From: Acanthaster planci
Taxonomy: Eukaryota
Length of the DNA stretch: 64,000 nucleotides
Direction: 5' to 3'
Assembly (NCBI RefSeq): GCF_001949145.1
Contig: NW_019091362.1
Location: forward strand, 1,929,838 to 1,993,837
Shown: positions 12,491 through 27,400 of the stretch, in pieces
Layout of the letters: every line of letters starts with the position of its first letter
How positions within the stretch are numbered: the stretch's first letter is position 1
The notes under the pieces: model-generated
Database searches by the model: none
What the model saw: the letters and a program-made list of their open reading frames with translations, nothing else
Told to the model about the DNA's origin: nothing
Translations under genes and position numbers: made by a program

Positions 12491-15400
12491 ATGACAAGGC
12501 GTTTGTTTTTTCCTCTGCTGGCTCTCTCACTGTGGTCATTAGCCACTGCAGGTAAGGGTTCTAATCAAGTTACTTCAATCTGATGGGATTGGAAATATTT
12601 AATCTTATACAGACATACTTGCTTCCTTGAATCGTTACGGCTTTATACCGGTACCTATTGTTTTAACCTGACAAGTTTACAAATGGGCGTAATTCATTGA
12701 TCAATTGATGCCTTTTTATAAAGCACTCGTGCGTAAATTATTTAACTAGTCCCCATCACTTTTTAAAAGTAGTTTGAAGAAAATGTCAAACAATGGAACT
12801 ATAAAACACAAGTGGTCAAACCAATCATACAGGGGATTTCTTTTTGCTATGATCACTACGCAAGGCCTAAGCAACGAGCTCTTGGAAGTATAGGTCAGAA
12901 AAGTAGAGGTAGCGTACGCTAAGTAGAGGTAGAAAGCAGTAACCTCAGATTTCTACACACTGCTTTTTAGGTGAAGTGGACAAAACCTGCAACATTATAA
13001 AAGAGACTGCCGCCATCAATGAATTCGTGTGGGATCTGCCCATCCTGGACAGCAATCCCATAGTTCTCTGGTTCTCAGTCTACGCACAAAGCAATGTGTA
13101 CATCGCTCTAACAGCGGACTATGCACCCAAAACTGACGTTCCCATGTACGTTATCGGTAAGTCAGTTTCATTTTAACTTTTCTGAGCCGTTGAATGAATT
13201 GAACTTTGGTTTAAATTTTTAGCGACTCGCATGGATTTTATTTTTTGGGTATTGTTAATTTTTTCGCACAAATTAAATGTGAAGAATTTCACTTCAGCAT
13301 CATATCAACTTAAGCAGCCGAAATGACTTAAGGGACATTCGCCTTGGTCAGATCCATATTTGTGAGACTGCAGAGATGCATGACAATCCTTTTACAAAGA
13401 GATATTACAGTAAACCTTTTCTCCAAGCTCTCCGCTAGAAATCATTATAGGCAACAATAAGGTGCTATGAAGGTGTGACATCACATGTATTTCTGTGAAG
13501 TTTTTTTCATGAAGGCGGAATATTTTTCCAGTTATTGGTGGCTATCGCAACACGCTCTCCTACATATCTAAGTGCCGTGACTGCGAGCCTCTAGCGGTGG
13601 CAGAGGGGGAAAGCCTGCAGTGTAACCGACTGAACGAGTATTGGGTTCGCTATGAAGACCGATATCTCAAGGTGGGCCACAGCGGCCGGAGGCAGCCGTT
13701 CCTCAAGTACGCCGTGCCGGAGGACGATTTTGCTCCACGCTACGTCGGTTACTCGACTAGCTACCTCGGCCAAGGAATGTTCACTTTCGCCTTTGATAAA
13801 ACAGGATGTGAGTTTTCCTTGTTTCGGTTCGTTTTATTTGTTTGTAAGTAGTTGCATAAGATTTGCCAATGGTGAAGAGGATCCATAGAGCAGCACTGTG
13901 GTTTGTTTGTTTGTTGTTTTTTTGGGGAAAAATGTTGCACTTGAGAGTGCACAGCTGTAAATGTTTTTGGGGGTTAAGCAGCGTTTCCTTAAATTTCTAC
14001 AGTTTCTGAGAGTCGTTAATGTCAACATGATTACAGGGGAGAAAAATCTAAAAAAAAAAGTAATTAGTTGTTGGTGAAAAGAATTTACTCTACGAAAACC
14101 GTAACGCACTGAAATCAATAGCCCTATAAATTTGAACAACACCTTAAGAGGAAACTGATTTCTAAAAGCGTGCACGTGAGACCTTGTAAAGAATTACCAG
14201 TGTTATAAAAAGCGCAACATACCAGGAAATTTTCTATGAGGATGCTATGACTTCAATCTCTCTTTCCTTCTCTTCACGGCTCTCTCAGTTCACAGATACA
14301 GCGAAGTGGTGTACTGGACCGGAGATCCATTCTGCTTGGATTGGATTCTAAATGAGCTCCCCAACGGCCTGTCGGAATTCTGCTTCCAAGCCAAAGCCGA
14401 ACAGGGGCCGATCTACCTGGTGCTCAGCCCACAGCGGTTTAGGAACCCCGGCCAAGCAGCCTACGAAATAGGTTTGCATTACCACATATTACTGTCTCGG
14501 AGCCTAATGGCAGCTACGCCGATAGTACAACCCTACCCTGTGTGCAGCGGAAGAGCTGACGTCGTAACAATAGGAACATTGAAAGAGAAGAGTTTTTTTT
14601 GTGAACAAAAGGGTTAAAAAAGAAACTTGGGTTGAATAAATTTTCAAGTCCTTTCAGGTATTCTTTGTAGACGGCCAGACACCTAACTGCTGCTAACAAT
14701 ACTTTCAATGCAAAAGGATTTCAATGTTGATGTCAATTATCGAAGAACTTCTTCTCAAATGATAGCACAAATGTTTGAGCTTTTTAATCCTTGAAAAAAT
14801 AATGTTTTGTCAGGGAAGGGGGGGTCTACTCATGTTAACTCTTGTGCCATAACTGAATCCTCATACCTCTCCTCTCTGTGAAGTGATCGGTGAATCAGAG
14901 AATTCCAAGACTGTGGTCCACACCGTCGTGCGCGGTGATGTCGCCATTGCCTCGGCCGAGACACCGGCTATCCTCAACAGGCTTGCCTTCGCGGAGTACT
15001 GCATCACCTTCGAGCCACTGATAATCACCTTTGGCACCGCCAGTCGCAATAACATCTTCTCTTGGGAGAGAGATCCAAACATACCTATCAAGCACGTGGG
15101 CTTTGCTGGGGGTCTGATACCAGCTGCTTTCCGTTTCCAACTTGAGTTCATTTCGAAATGTAAGTTATCACCAGCCTGTGGGTTGATTATTGAAGATGCC
15201 CCTACTTTTTAATTAAACAACATGTGATATTATATAAAACATAACACAGAAGGCCAAAGGCGTTACATTCACACGAATATGTTGCCGATGGGTTGCTCAC
15301 CCAGGAGGCTATGACAGTATCTATCGTAGACGTTCGTGAGTGTTGGAAACTTCTTGGAAGCTATTTTTGTCTCTCACGTAATGATGCATCCATCGATTGA

Positions 15401-18400
15401 CATGTACGACACGTTCGCGTTATTGTGTGAGGCTCCATGTCAAATCATCAATCATCACGATTTGAGTTCCCTAAACTCGAAATGAATTACATTTACTGCA
15501 CGGGATAGCCACACTTTGTATTGAGGCAAACCTAACCCCGATATTTCGCTTCTTCCATTTCTTTAATTAACGCATGGTTCTTGTCTTTAATTATGCAGAT
15601 CAGCAAGACATAATAAATTTACCCCCAGAGCCACCCGTGGGTGAAGGTACGCCAGTGCTATGTTTAAGAAACGATAGGGAACGACACGAAACGATAGTGA
15701 TAAAAATGGGGAGAAATACTTTAGTACCTTAAAGACTGTTTGGGAAAAGCACTAATTTCCAAAAACACTGTAATAAATGAAACAAATATAATACATACAG
15801 ACAAAATCAAGAAGCTTAATATAGGGGACGAAAATTATAAAATATCAAATTAATTTGAATTGATCGGACTAGTTTGGTTAATCCTGCAGCGCTGAGTGGA
15901 GCCTGGATGTACGAGATATAAGATTACCAATTGCTGCACCTGCTGTAAGGTTACTGTACCTGCTCGGAACGGCGGGGCGACCTCACAACTCTGTGTTCTA
16001 TGTGCCGGTGGTATAGACGCTATTGTCACTGTCGCGGTTCTTGCTAACGAGTGTTGGCAAACTATGGGTGTCCATCAGTAGTAATTACAACATTGGGGTA
16101 AAACTCTCCTGCATAAAAACGTCATTAATTATAGGAATTCCTTTTGCCTGAACACTGATGGGTAAATGAGCATGTGGATTCCAATGTCAACAGCCACCTG
16201 AGATTTTTTTTGTAAACTCTGTAATCCAATATAGAATGGCAAATAGTGCGTATAAAAAAGTTCTGTCTGTTTGTCAGCATCGTGTAGAATCTCAGCATTG
16301 TTTGCATTCTCAACAATTGGTCTACCATCTGAGTATGTTGCCAACTTGATGACTTTAAACTTTTTATCTCTTATCCCTGGACAGACAAATGCCGTCAAAT
16401 GCCAAGTCCCTGTGGAGAGAACGGTGTTTGCTATGAAGACCACTCATTGTCGAGTGGCTTTCGTTGCGAGTGCATGAATAACTTTCAAGGAGAACGCTGT
16501 GATGGTAGTTTAGATTTTTCTTAAGATTTTGTTAAACTTCGGAAACTTACGAACAAGTATGCGATACATGTCAAACGACATTTGCCTTGATAATAGATGG
16601 TTTGAACAACGTGCTCTTCCGTGCTTCAGTCCTTTATCACATACTCCTGTACAAAAGAAAGCAATCGTTGTGCAACCTGTAGCAGAGATCTACACGTTGA
16701 ATCAAAAGTTAATTAACGAAATGACGCTTACATAGCGGCGTTTACATCTCTGGACATGAACAAATGTATTACGTTTGTTGTTGTGAAGCACACATGCAGG
16801 GCCAACTGGCCAGTGCGTACCAGTGCTTTTGGTAGGTTGGTGTACATTTTCAGGGCTCACTTATCTTTCCAGACCTGTAAATTCATTGCATTTTTTTGTG
16901 TTGAATTTCTTTGTCTTATTTTCTGCCCTTAGTGCCACCTGCCGGCGGTAGTGACCTTGAAGGTAATTTCAACTATTTAAAACACCAATAGTAAACACTA
17001 CTAAATACCAAACAAATGTGCATCCTCCTTTCTGTGACACTAACGGGGTGAATGTACATTCTGAAGCAAACCTATTTTAATCCAAACGTTTTGAGTTTTA
17101 AAGCAAGAACAGCATTTTGTTTTGAATTTTAAACTCTTGATACTTACCGAAAGGTTTCTTAAATTTTACCCACCACATGTATTGGTGAAATGAAATAATG
17201 TAATGACGATTTATTTCAATTGTTGCAGCTACCACTAGACCCCCGACGCCAAGACCAAAAGGTATTTTAGATATTAATGATTTGGAAATGAACAAAAAGA
17301 TGTTGCATTTAAACTCTTGATAGTTACCGACAGGTTTCTAAAATTTTACCCACCACATGAATTGGTGAAATGAAATAATGTAATGGCGATTTATTTCAAT
17401 TGTTACAGTTACCACAAGACCCCCGGCGCCAAGACCAAGAGGTATTTTAGATATTAATGACACATCGAGGAGCTGAAGATATTAATGCCATACATCGAGC
17501 ATACGGATCGGCTTAATTACTGTGAATTTGTATTTGATGGAGGTTCAGTCATGACGTGCTCCCTATACTTTATGGATTTTTTCAGATCCTTGCTCTCCTA
17601 CCAATCCCTGTCAGAACGAAGGAAAGTGTCGCAGAGACGGAGCTTCTAGTTACTCTTGCGAATGCAAGGACGGATACACTGGGACAAATTGCGAAACCGA
17701 AATACGTAATGATGAAGCTCTTAACTAAAATAAGGGGAATTCGGTGGACTTGTCAAACTGTTGTTCTTGTTGATATACCAGCTAGGGAGGGAAAACAGAA
17801 ATGATTATATGCATATCGATTAATAAAAAATGAAAAAAAAAATGCCTGAACCGAAAGAGAGAAATATTGAGCTTCTGTTTCCGACAATTCAAAATACTTG
17901 ACAATCAGTGTGAGCCTATTTACTCGTAGACACAGGAAATGTATTAAACGAAAATATTTTGTGGTAGTGTTACAGTTAGAGATGATATAAAACAGCGAAC
18001 GAAAGACCTTTTTTACATCAAAAAGCATTTAAGGTGGTCATTCAAAGAAAATTTGTTGGTTCACATGAGCAACCTTCCTGATTTTTTATTGCATTTTATA
18101 GTTTTCAAATTTTTGTCTCTATGAAAACTACGGACAATCTTTCTCTTGAAATTGAGAGAAAAATTTTCCCATTGGTCATAATTTTGAACTCCCAGTAAAA
18201 TAACGATGCAGGTAATGATCTTCCTTGGCGTCGCTAGGTGGCTTTAGTTTCTCAAGGGCTTTCTCTTTTTCTATGGGTGCGTCTTTCTCTTTGACTGTGC
18301 CTAGAAACGTAACTTGTCAACCTAGATTTGGCACACACTTCTTCAAACTTTACCTGTGTGGCTCATAATGCATGATCACGCATAATAAAGTAGCTTTTGG

Positions 18401-21400
18401 AAAATCTCAGAATGAGAGAAACGCATTTCATGCTTTGCCGCTTCCATAAATTGAAAAAGTTCGTCACAATTGTACATGGAATCGTAACAACTGTTGTAGC
18501 CTACTGAATTAAATGGAAGTATTTTCGTCAGAGTGATTCGTTGTAAATCTTACAGAAATTCACTATACTGTCTAGAAACTGACCTTCATTTTTGGCAGAT
18601 GTTAGAAATATTGTGCAAGATTTCATCCAAATTAAAAGTATTTTTTTCAGTACAATTTTCGTTTCTTTTTGTTTTAGCTGACCCCTGTTCCAGCGAACCT
18701 TGCCTGAATGGAGGAACGTGCGAGCGTGGACTGGGAGGCAGCTACAGGTGTGGTTGTCCTCCTGGCTATAGTGGATTCAACTGTGACATCGAGCCAGGTA
18801 CTTGTGATTTCTGTTTGTTATTGCCAAGCAACAAAGCTTGTTGTCAGGATCATGAGCCTGCTTTTGTCACATTGAGAACCTGAATTTAACTCAGTGTAAA
18901 TATTTTTTTCTGAATTTTTGAATTCCAGAGGATCCCTGTAAAAGTGACCCTTGCGGGAACAATGGAATGTGCAAAAAAACTGGGACATTTAGCTATATGT
19001 GCACTTGCACCAATGGCTACAGTGGATTCAACTGCGAAATTGAACCAGGTAACTAATATTCTTGTCAGTCAGTCAGCGCACAGCGTGCTGGCAAATGAGC
19101 CTTATTGGTAATCCTATCAGCCCCGGGAAAACGCTCGAGAGAGAGCACATGTGATTTCGCGAGAGATTTAGCATCCCTTTCAAAACGACAGGTAAGCCAC
19201 TTCTTGTTTCATTGGCCAAACATGGCGTGGTGAGTAGCATTTGGACGATTCACACTTTCTATTAAGTCAAACGTTTGGTGGTTTCGGATGATTTTTGACG
19301 ATTTAATATAGAGCAGAACTTACTTCATGATTTATTCAAGAATCGTGGGGCCTTGTTTCATGAAGTGCATATTATACAAATTGGAACTTCCGTTTGATAT
19401 AACAAAGTGTTCGCTGCAATGGTAATCGGTATGGTTTTATCACTCCTCAAAGTTAATTGAGGCAAATTTCCGACTCTGACGGGTTGATTTAGCAAAAGAC
19501 TAATTCACACGCAGATTCGTACACACGTACAACAATAAGCACTCATAATTACGATCACTTCTTCTTTTATGGCTTCCTCTTATCATAAAAGTTAAACTTT
19601 TCGTTTCCTGAAAAATGAGACAGGCTACGCTTGTAGATACGAGCTTCCTTCATGCATGGCAAGATAGCTGGACTGGTTCTCATGCAGCCGACGACTAACA
19701 CCGTCAAGTTCCTGTAAAGAAAGACTGGGTTCTCAATGGGGGTCCCATTGATTACGCATATCTCTCTTAGCACTTGATTTGCCATTGAGAGAGAGTTTGG
19801 TGAAATAAAAAGGAGCCAATATTTGTTGTTGATTTAACGAAGTATGAACGTGCATAAAGGAAAGATTTTGAGTGCACCTTAGCGTTTCGCAACTGTGGGA
19901 AAATCCAAAACTCGATTTTTGGACGAAGATATAACATGCCCCTTCTCATCACCCATTTAATTTAAGTTTTCCTGGTCAGGATGTCGATGCATTAAACCTG
20001 TTTTTATGTGCCCGTTAAAAATACCTATATATTACAGGGAGTAATCAGGGCCCAAATCAATATTTGACAAAATGGATGTTCTAAACCAAAAACACAGCTA
20101 AAAATTAAAAAAAAAAAGAAAAACTGCCTAAGCAAAGGAAATTGAGAAAGTGAAAAATGTAAATTCAAAACAAATATAAGAAAATTGAAGCAGAACTCTA
20201 AATCCTGCTTTGCGTACAGCATTTGCAAAATAANNNNNNNNNNNNNNNNNNNNNNNNNNNNNNNNNNNNNNNNNNNNNNNNNNNNNNNNNNNNNNNNNNN
20301 NNNNNNNNNNNNNNNNNNNNNNNNNNNNNNNNNNNNNNNNNNNNNNNNNNNNNNNNNNNNNNNNNNNNNNNNNNNNNNNNNNNNNNNNNNNNNNNNNNNN
20401 NNNNNNNNNNNNNNNNNNNNNNNNNNNNNNNNNNNNNNNNNNNNNNNNNNNNNNNNNNNNNNNNNNNNNNNNNNNNNNNNNNNNNNNNNNNNNNNNNNNN
20501 NNNNNNNNNNNNNNNNNNNNNNNNNNNNNNNNNNNNNNNNNNNNNNNNNNNNNNNNNNNNNNNNNNNNNNNNNNNNNNNNNNNNNNNNNNNNNNNNNNNN
20601 NNNNNNNNNNNNNNNNNNNNNNNNNNNNNNNNNNNNNNNNNNNNNNNNNNNNNNNNNNNNNNNNNNNNNNNNNNNNNNNNNNNNNNNNNNNNNNNNNNNN
20701 NNNNNNNNNNNNNNNNNNNNNNNNNNNNNNNNNNNNNNNNNNNNNNNNNNNNNNNNNNNNNNNNNNNNNNNNNNNNNNNNNNNNNNNNNNNNNNNNNNNN
20801 NNNNNNNNNNNNNNNNNNNNNNNNNNNNNNNNNNNNNNNNNNNNNNNNNNNNNNNNNNNNNNNNNNNNNNNNNNNNNNNNNNNNNNNNNNNNNNNNNNNN
20901 NNNNNNNNNNNNNNNNNNNNNNNNNNNNNNNNNNNNNNNNNNNNNNNNNNNNNNNNNNNNNNNNNNNNNNNNNNNNNNNNNNNNNNNNNNNNNNNNNNNN
21001 NNNNNNNNNNNNNNNNNNNNNNNNNNNNNNNNNNNNNNNNNNNNNNNNNNNNNNNNNNNNNNNNNNNNNNNNNNNNNNNNNNNNNNNNNNNNNNNNNNNN
21101 NNNNNNNNNNNNNNNNNNNNNNNNNNNNNNNNNNNNNNNNNNNNNNNNNNNNNNNNCATTGGCAGTCTTAGACCAAATAAAAAGGAGACCACACTTGGGG
21201 ATGATTTAACGAAGTATGAACGTGCATAAAGGAAACATTTTGAGTGCACCTTAGCGTTTCGCAACTGCAGGAAAATCCAAAACTCGATTTTTGGACGAAG
21301 AATATAAAACATGTTCCTTCTCATCAATTTATTTTAACTTCTCCTGGTCCGGATTTCGATCCATTCAACTTGTTTTTATGTGCCTGTAAAAATGCCTATT

Positions 21401-24400
21401 TCTACGTGCAATAGTTCTCGGAAAATAATCACAATATAACAATATGCAGAGTCAGGATAAGGGGTTTGTTATTATGATGTAGAATGCTTGGTTTTGAGCA
21501 GCCTATTTGGCCCCATTTCCAATTACTTCCAAATAATTTCTAGTGCCAAAACGTGGTTTTTTTTGCTGACATGACACTGTGTTTTTGTGTTAAATGTTCT
21601 TGGTCTTGCTTTTTCCCCTCAGTGAAACCTCCCAGCGGTAGTGAACTTGAAGGTAAATTTGTTACATTTGTTGGTGTATACTCACTCAGCTATCAAAATA
21701 CCAAGAAGTAAACACTACTGAATACCAAGCAAATGCATGTATCTTCTATTCCTTAAAACGAACGGGATGAATGTACATTCCCCAGCAAAACCTTTTATGA
21801 GCAAGTGGTGAGCTTCCTTTACACCTATTAGGCGCGGCGCGTCTGTGGGTAATGGCTGCAGGCCCAAGGCGATTTTCCTTTCGTGCCTGTGCTATTTTCA
21901 TCTGCACTCATAACATTTGTACGCCATCGTCCTTAATTTATCGACTCAGTGGCCCTGAACTTCACACATAATTGTGTTAGCCGGCTAATAGTATTTGGTA
22001 CCTAATGTCTGGTATCTCAAACTTCCACTGAGTACCTTTATATTCAGTGAAAGAACTCAATACTGTAGTGAGTCTGGTGTGAGTACATTTTCTGCTCTAA
22101 ATGCCAAATGTTTTTTTGGGGGGGGATGCATAGGGCCTAATCCTGGAATGTTTCAAAATTTATTTTAGGTTTATTTCAAAATTTATTTTAGTTTTACTTT
22201 CCCCGTGTTGTTTGCAAATTTTAGTCTCAAAATGTTAATATTTGCACATGAAAAAAGACCATCTGTCCCGCAGGGTTTTAATCCAAACGTTTTAAAATAA
22301 CTGTACTTTCCATTTTATATTACAAGATGCGCGTAGAATGAAAACTTTGCAGATAGCTTTTGATGCAAGAACAACCTTTTGTTTTGAATTTAAACTCTTG
22401 ATACTTACCGACAGGTTTCTAAAATTTTACCCACCACATGTATTGGTGAAATGAAATAATGTAATGACGATTTATTTCAATTGTTGCAGCTACCACAAGA
22501 CCCCCAGCGCCAAGACCAAGAGGTATTTTAGATATTAATGATTTGGAAATGAACAGAAAGATGTTGCCTTTAAACACACCGAGGAGCTGAAGATATTAAT
22601 GCTATACGTCGAGCATACGGATCGGCTTAATTACTCTGAATTTGTATTTGACGGAGGTTCAGTCATGACGTGCTCCCTATACTTTATGGATTTTTTCAGA
22701 TCCTTGCTCTCCTACCAATCCCTGTCAGAACGAAGGAAAGTGTCGCAGAGACGGAGCTTCTAGTTACTCTTGCGAATGCAAAGACGGATACACTGGGACA
22801 AATTGCGAAACCGAAATACGTAATGATGAAGCTCTTAACTAAAATAAGGGGAATTCGGTGGACTTGTCAAACTGTTGTTCTTGTTGATATACCATCTTGG
22901 GACATAAAACGAAGAAAACTGAAGTGCCAAAAAGTTTGATTTTTTATAGTTATTGCTTCTTTTGTTAAAGTCTTTGAAAGAATTCACTCCACAAAAGGCC
23001 TTTGTATTATGTGCATATTGACTTATAAGAAATTAAAAAAAAAAAACAAATGCCTTAATCGTGTCAAATATTGAGCTTCCATTTCCGACAATTCAAAATA
23101 CATGACAATCATTGTAAGCCTATTTACTCGTAGGCACAGGAAATGTAACAAAACTATTTTGTGGTAGTGTTTTAGTCAGAGATGATATAAAAGAGAGAAC
23201 GAAAAGAACTTTATTTTAGATCAAAAGTGAATTTAAGGTCATGCGAAAAAAATTGTTGCTTGACCTCAGCCACCTTCCTGATTTTTTATTGCATTTTATA
23301 GTTTTCAAATTTTTGTCTCTATGGAAACTCCAGAAAATCTTTCTCGTGAAATTGAGAGGACTATTTTCCCATTGGTCATAATTTTGAACTCCCAGTAAAA
23401 TAACGATGGAGGTAATGATTTTCCTTAACGTCGCTGGGTGGCTCTAGTTTCTCACGGGCTTTCTCTTTTTTCTACGGGTGCGTATTTAGTACCGTAAACA
23501 CACTTACTGAGCCAAGTACGCATCTTTCTCTTTGACTGTGCCTAGAAACGTAACTCGTCAAAGTAGATTTGGCACATGCCTGCAAATGTGACGTAACTTG
23601 TCAAACTAGATTTGGCACACACTTCTTCAAACTTTACCTGTGTGGCTCATAATGCATGATCACGCATAATAAAAGTAGCTTTTGGAAAATCTCAGAGTGA
23701 GAAAAACGCATGTCATGCTTTGCCGCTTCCATAAATTAAAATAGTTCGTCACAATTGTACATGGAATCGTAACAACTGTTGTAGCCTACTGAATTAAATG
23801 GAAGTATTTTNNNNNNNNNNNNNNNNNNNNNNNNNNNNNNNNNNNNNNNNNNNNNNNNNNNNNNNNNNNNNNNNNNNNNNNNNNNNNNNNNNNNNNNNNN
23901 NNNNNNNNNNNNNNNNNNNNNNNNNNNNNNNNNNNNNNNNNNNNNNNNNNNNNNNNNNNNNNNNNNNNNNNNNNNNNNNNNNNNNNNNNNNNNNNNNNNN
24001 NNNNNNNNNNNNNNNNNNNNNNNNNNNNNNNNNNNNNNNNNNNNNNNNNNNNNNNNNNNNNNNNNNNNNNNNNNNNNNNNNNNNNNNNNNNNNNNNNNNN
24101 NNNNNNNNNNNNNNNNNNNNNNNNNNNNNNNNNNNNNNNNNNNNNNNNNNNNNNNNNNNNNNNNNNNNNNNNNNNNNNNNNNNNNNNNNNNNNNNNNNNN
24201 NNNNNNNNNNNNNNNNNNNNNNNNNNNNNNNNNNNNNNNNNNNNNNNNNNNNNNNNNNNNNNNNNNNNNNNNNNNNNNNNNNNNNNNNNNNNNNNNNNNN
24301 NNNNNNNNNNNNNNNNNNNNNNNNNNNNNNNNNTTTTCCTTTCTATGCTTTAGCTGACCCCTGTTCCAGCGAACCTTGCCTGAATGGAGGAACGTGCGAG

Positions 24401-27400
24401 CGTGGACTTGGAGGCAGCTACAGGTGTGGTTGTCCCCCTGGCTATAGTGGATTCAACTGTGACATCGAACCAGGTACTTGTGATTTCTGTTTGTTATTGC
24501 CAAGCAACAAAACTTGTTGCCAGGATCATGAGCCTGGTTTTGTCATATTGAGAACCTGAATTTATCATTTTGTATCTAATTTTTGGAATTCCAGAGGATC
24601 CCTGTGAAAGTGACCCTTGCGGGAACAATGGAATGTGCGAAAGAAATGGGGAATTTAGCTACATGTGCACTTGCACCAATGGCTACAGTGGATTCAACTG
24701 CGAAATTGAACCAGGTAGGCCTAACTAATATTCTTGTCAGTCAGTCAGCGCACAGCTTGCTCACTAATGAGCCTGATTAGCAATTCTACTGGCACGAGAG
24801 CCCATGTGATTTTGCGAGTAAAAAGTAGATTTAATATCTTTTTCAAAGCGACAGGAAAGCCAACTCTTGTTTCATTGGCCAAACATGGCGTGGTGAGTAG
24901 CATTTGGACGACTCACACTTCCCATTAAGTCAAATGTTTGATGGTTTCGGATGATTTTTGACGATTTATAACAGAGTAAAACTTACTTATTTGTTGAAGA
25001 ATCNNNNNNNNNNNNNNNNNNNNNNNNNNNNNNNNNNNNNNNNNNNNNNNNNNNNNNNNNNNNNNNNNNNNNNNNNNNNNNNNNNNNNNNNNNNNNNNNN
25101 NNNNNNNNNNNNNNNNNNNNNNNNNNNNNNNNNNNNNNNNNNNNNNNNNNNNNNNNNNNNNNNNNNNNNNNNNNNNNNNNNNNNNNNNNNNNNNNNNNNN
25201 NNNNNNNNNNNNNNNNNNNNNNNNNNNNNNNNNNNNNNNNNNNNNNNNNNNNNNNNNNNNNNNNNNNNNNNNNNNNNNNNNNNNNNNNNNNNNNNNNNNN
25301 NNNNNNNNNNNNNNNNNNNNNNNNNNNNNNNNNNNNNNNNNNNNNNNNNNNNNNNNNNNNNNNNNNNNNNNNNNNNNNNNNNNNNNNNNNNNNNNNNNNN
25401 NNNNNNNNNNNNNNNNNNNNNNNNNNNNNNNNNNNNNNNNNNNNNNNNNNNNNNNNNNNNNNNNGCCAATCATTGACAGTCTTAGACGAAATAAAAAGGA
25501 GGCCATACTTGCGGTTGATTTAAAGAAGTATGAACGTGTATTAACGAAACATTTTGAGTGCACCTGACCGTTTCGCAACGGTCTAAAATTCCAAAACTTG
25601 ATTTTTGGACGAAGATATATAACATGTCCCTTCTCACCAATTTGATTTAACTTCTCCTGGTCCGGATTTCGGAAAATAATCACAATATTACAGTATGCAG
25701 AATCAGGATAATGGGTTTGTTATTATGATGTAGAAAGATTGGTTTTGAGCAGCCTGTTTGGCCCCATTTCCAATTACCTCCAAATAATTTCTAGTGCCAA
25801 AACGTGGTTTTTTTTTTGCTGACATGACACTGTGTTTTTGTGTTAAATGTTCTTGGTCTTGCTTTTTCCCCTCAGTGAAACCTCCCAGCGGTAGTGAACT
25901 TGAAGGTAAATTTGCTACACAAATTTGGTTGACTACTAACTCAGCTATCAAAACACCAAAAAGTAAACACTACTTAATAGCAAGCAAATGCATATATCTT
26001 CCCTTCATTAAAACTAACGGGATGAATTACATTCCCCAGCAAACCTTTTATGAGCAAGTGGTGAGATTCCTTTACACCTATTAGGCGCATGCTGCTTTCT
26101 GGGTAACGTACGCGTCTGTGGGAAGTGGCTGCAGGCCCAAGGCGATTTTTCCTTTCGTGTCTGTGCTATTTTCATTTGTACTCACAACATTTGGACGCCA
26201 TCTTCCTGCATTTACCGTGTCAGTGGCTCTGACCTTCAGACATGTTGTGTATGGCGTGCAAAGTTAACATTGAATCCGCATATACAGATATGTCTATACT
26301 TAATAGAGATATCTCTATTAGGAAGAGAGATATTTCTATTCCCAATAGAAATACCTTTAGAACAGATAAAAACGTATATCAAACTTTTGACTGCAAAGGT
26401 GAGATCATTATTGCTTGTTACACATAACGTTTGACATAAAACGATGGATTGACCATTTTGCCTATTCACTTTGAATCGTTTGATTTCATTAAAACATGAT
26501 CAGACACGGCTAGCCAAGACATCCTGCTGATACAAGGTTTTGTGTTCTTTTTGTAACTTAGCAAAACCCGACCATTTGGGTGAATGCCCTGTTTTCCCTA
26601 AGGATGTCGCAGGAATCTGCATTAGCAACTGTGCGGCGGATAATGACTGCAAAAAGACAGAAAAATGTTGTTCCAACAGTTGCGGGAAGGTTTGCCAAAA
26701 AGGTACGTTGAATTAAGTGAAAAGTTATCTGAGAGCTAAATCTTTGGGTATTTTTCCGTTGTACGCTTGTGATTCTGTGCACTTTAGTTCAATAGTGAAC
26801 AGTCTGTGAAAGTTGTGTTCGTGATGTGCTACTTCATTAGAATGAAAACTAGTGTCAATTTTAGGCTCTTCCTAACTTATTGGATATTTTCTTGACCTTT
26901 AGCATGTACACCGGTACGATGCAGGATGGATTGTCAACATGGTTTCAAGAGAAACGGCAACGGGTGTGAAATATGCGAATGCAAAGGTAATTTCCACCCA
27001 CCTTTTCTCTTGGGGTCACGCTCTTAATATTTTGCTTTTCAAACCTGTTTTAAGTGGTCTTAAAAATCTGCGATCGGCTGTGTTCTTGGAAAGCTCCAGT
27101 GCAGGACATATTTATGCTTCGACACTAGGACATTTCTTTAAACCTGTTTTAGAAGGGTCGCACCGAACGAAATAGAATAAGAGCAATTGGGGTCGACCCA
27201 ATTAAAGTTTGACAGACAGACGAACTTACACACATACATTTATGCTTTACAAACATGTTTTAACGAGTCGTCTTAAAACTGTCGATCTTCGATCATTCGC
27301 ATGGTGACACGCCTGGTCACTCCTAAATTGTTTCAGACGTTGAACGTTACTTGATTCAAGATTTGCTTTCACTTTTAGTTCGGTGTTACTCCAATACACC

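Noticed and set aside
15890..16081. GC-richer Cys-containing ORF in a gene B intron
   Set aside because: No phase-compatible splice sites giving an open frame and no recognisable domain spacing.
20128..21327. Long ORFs here and at 23798, 24925, 36976 and 53930
   Set aside because: Artefacts of N runs.
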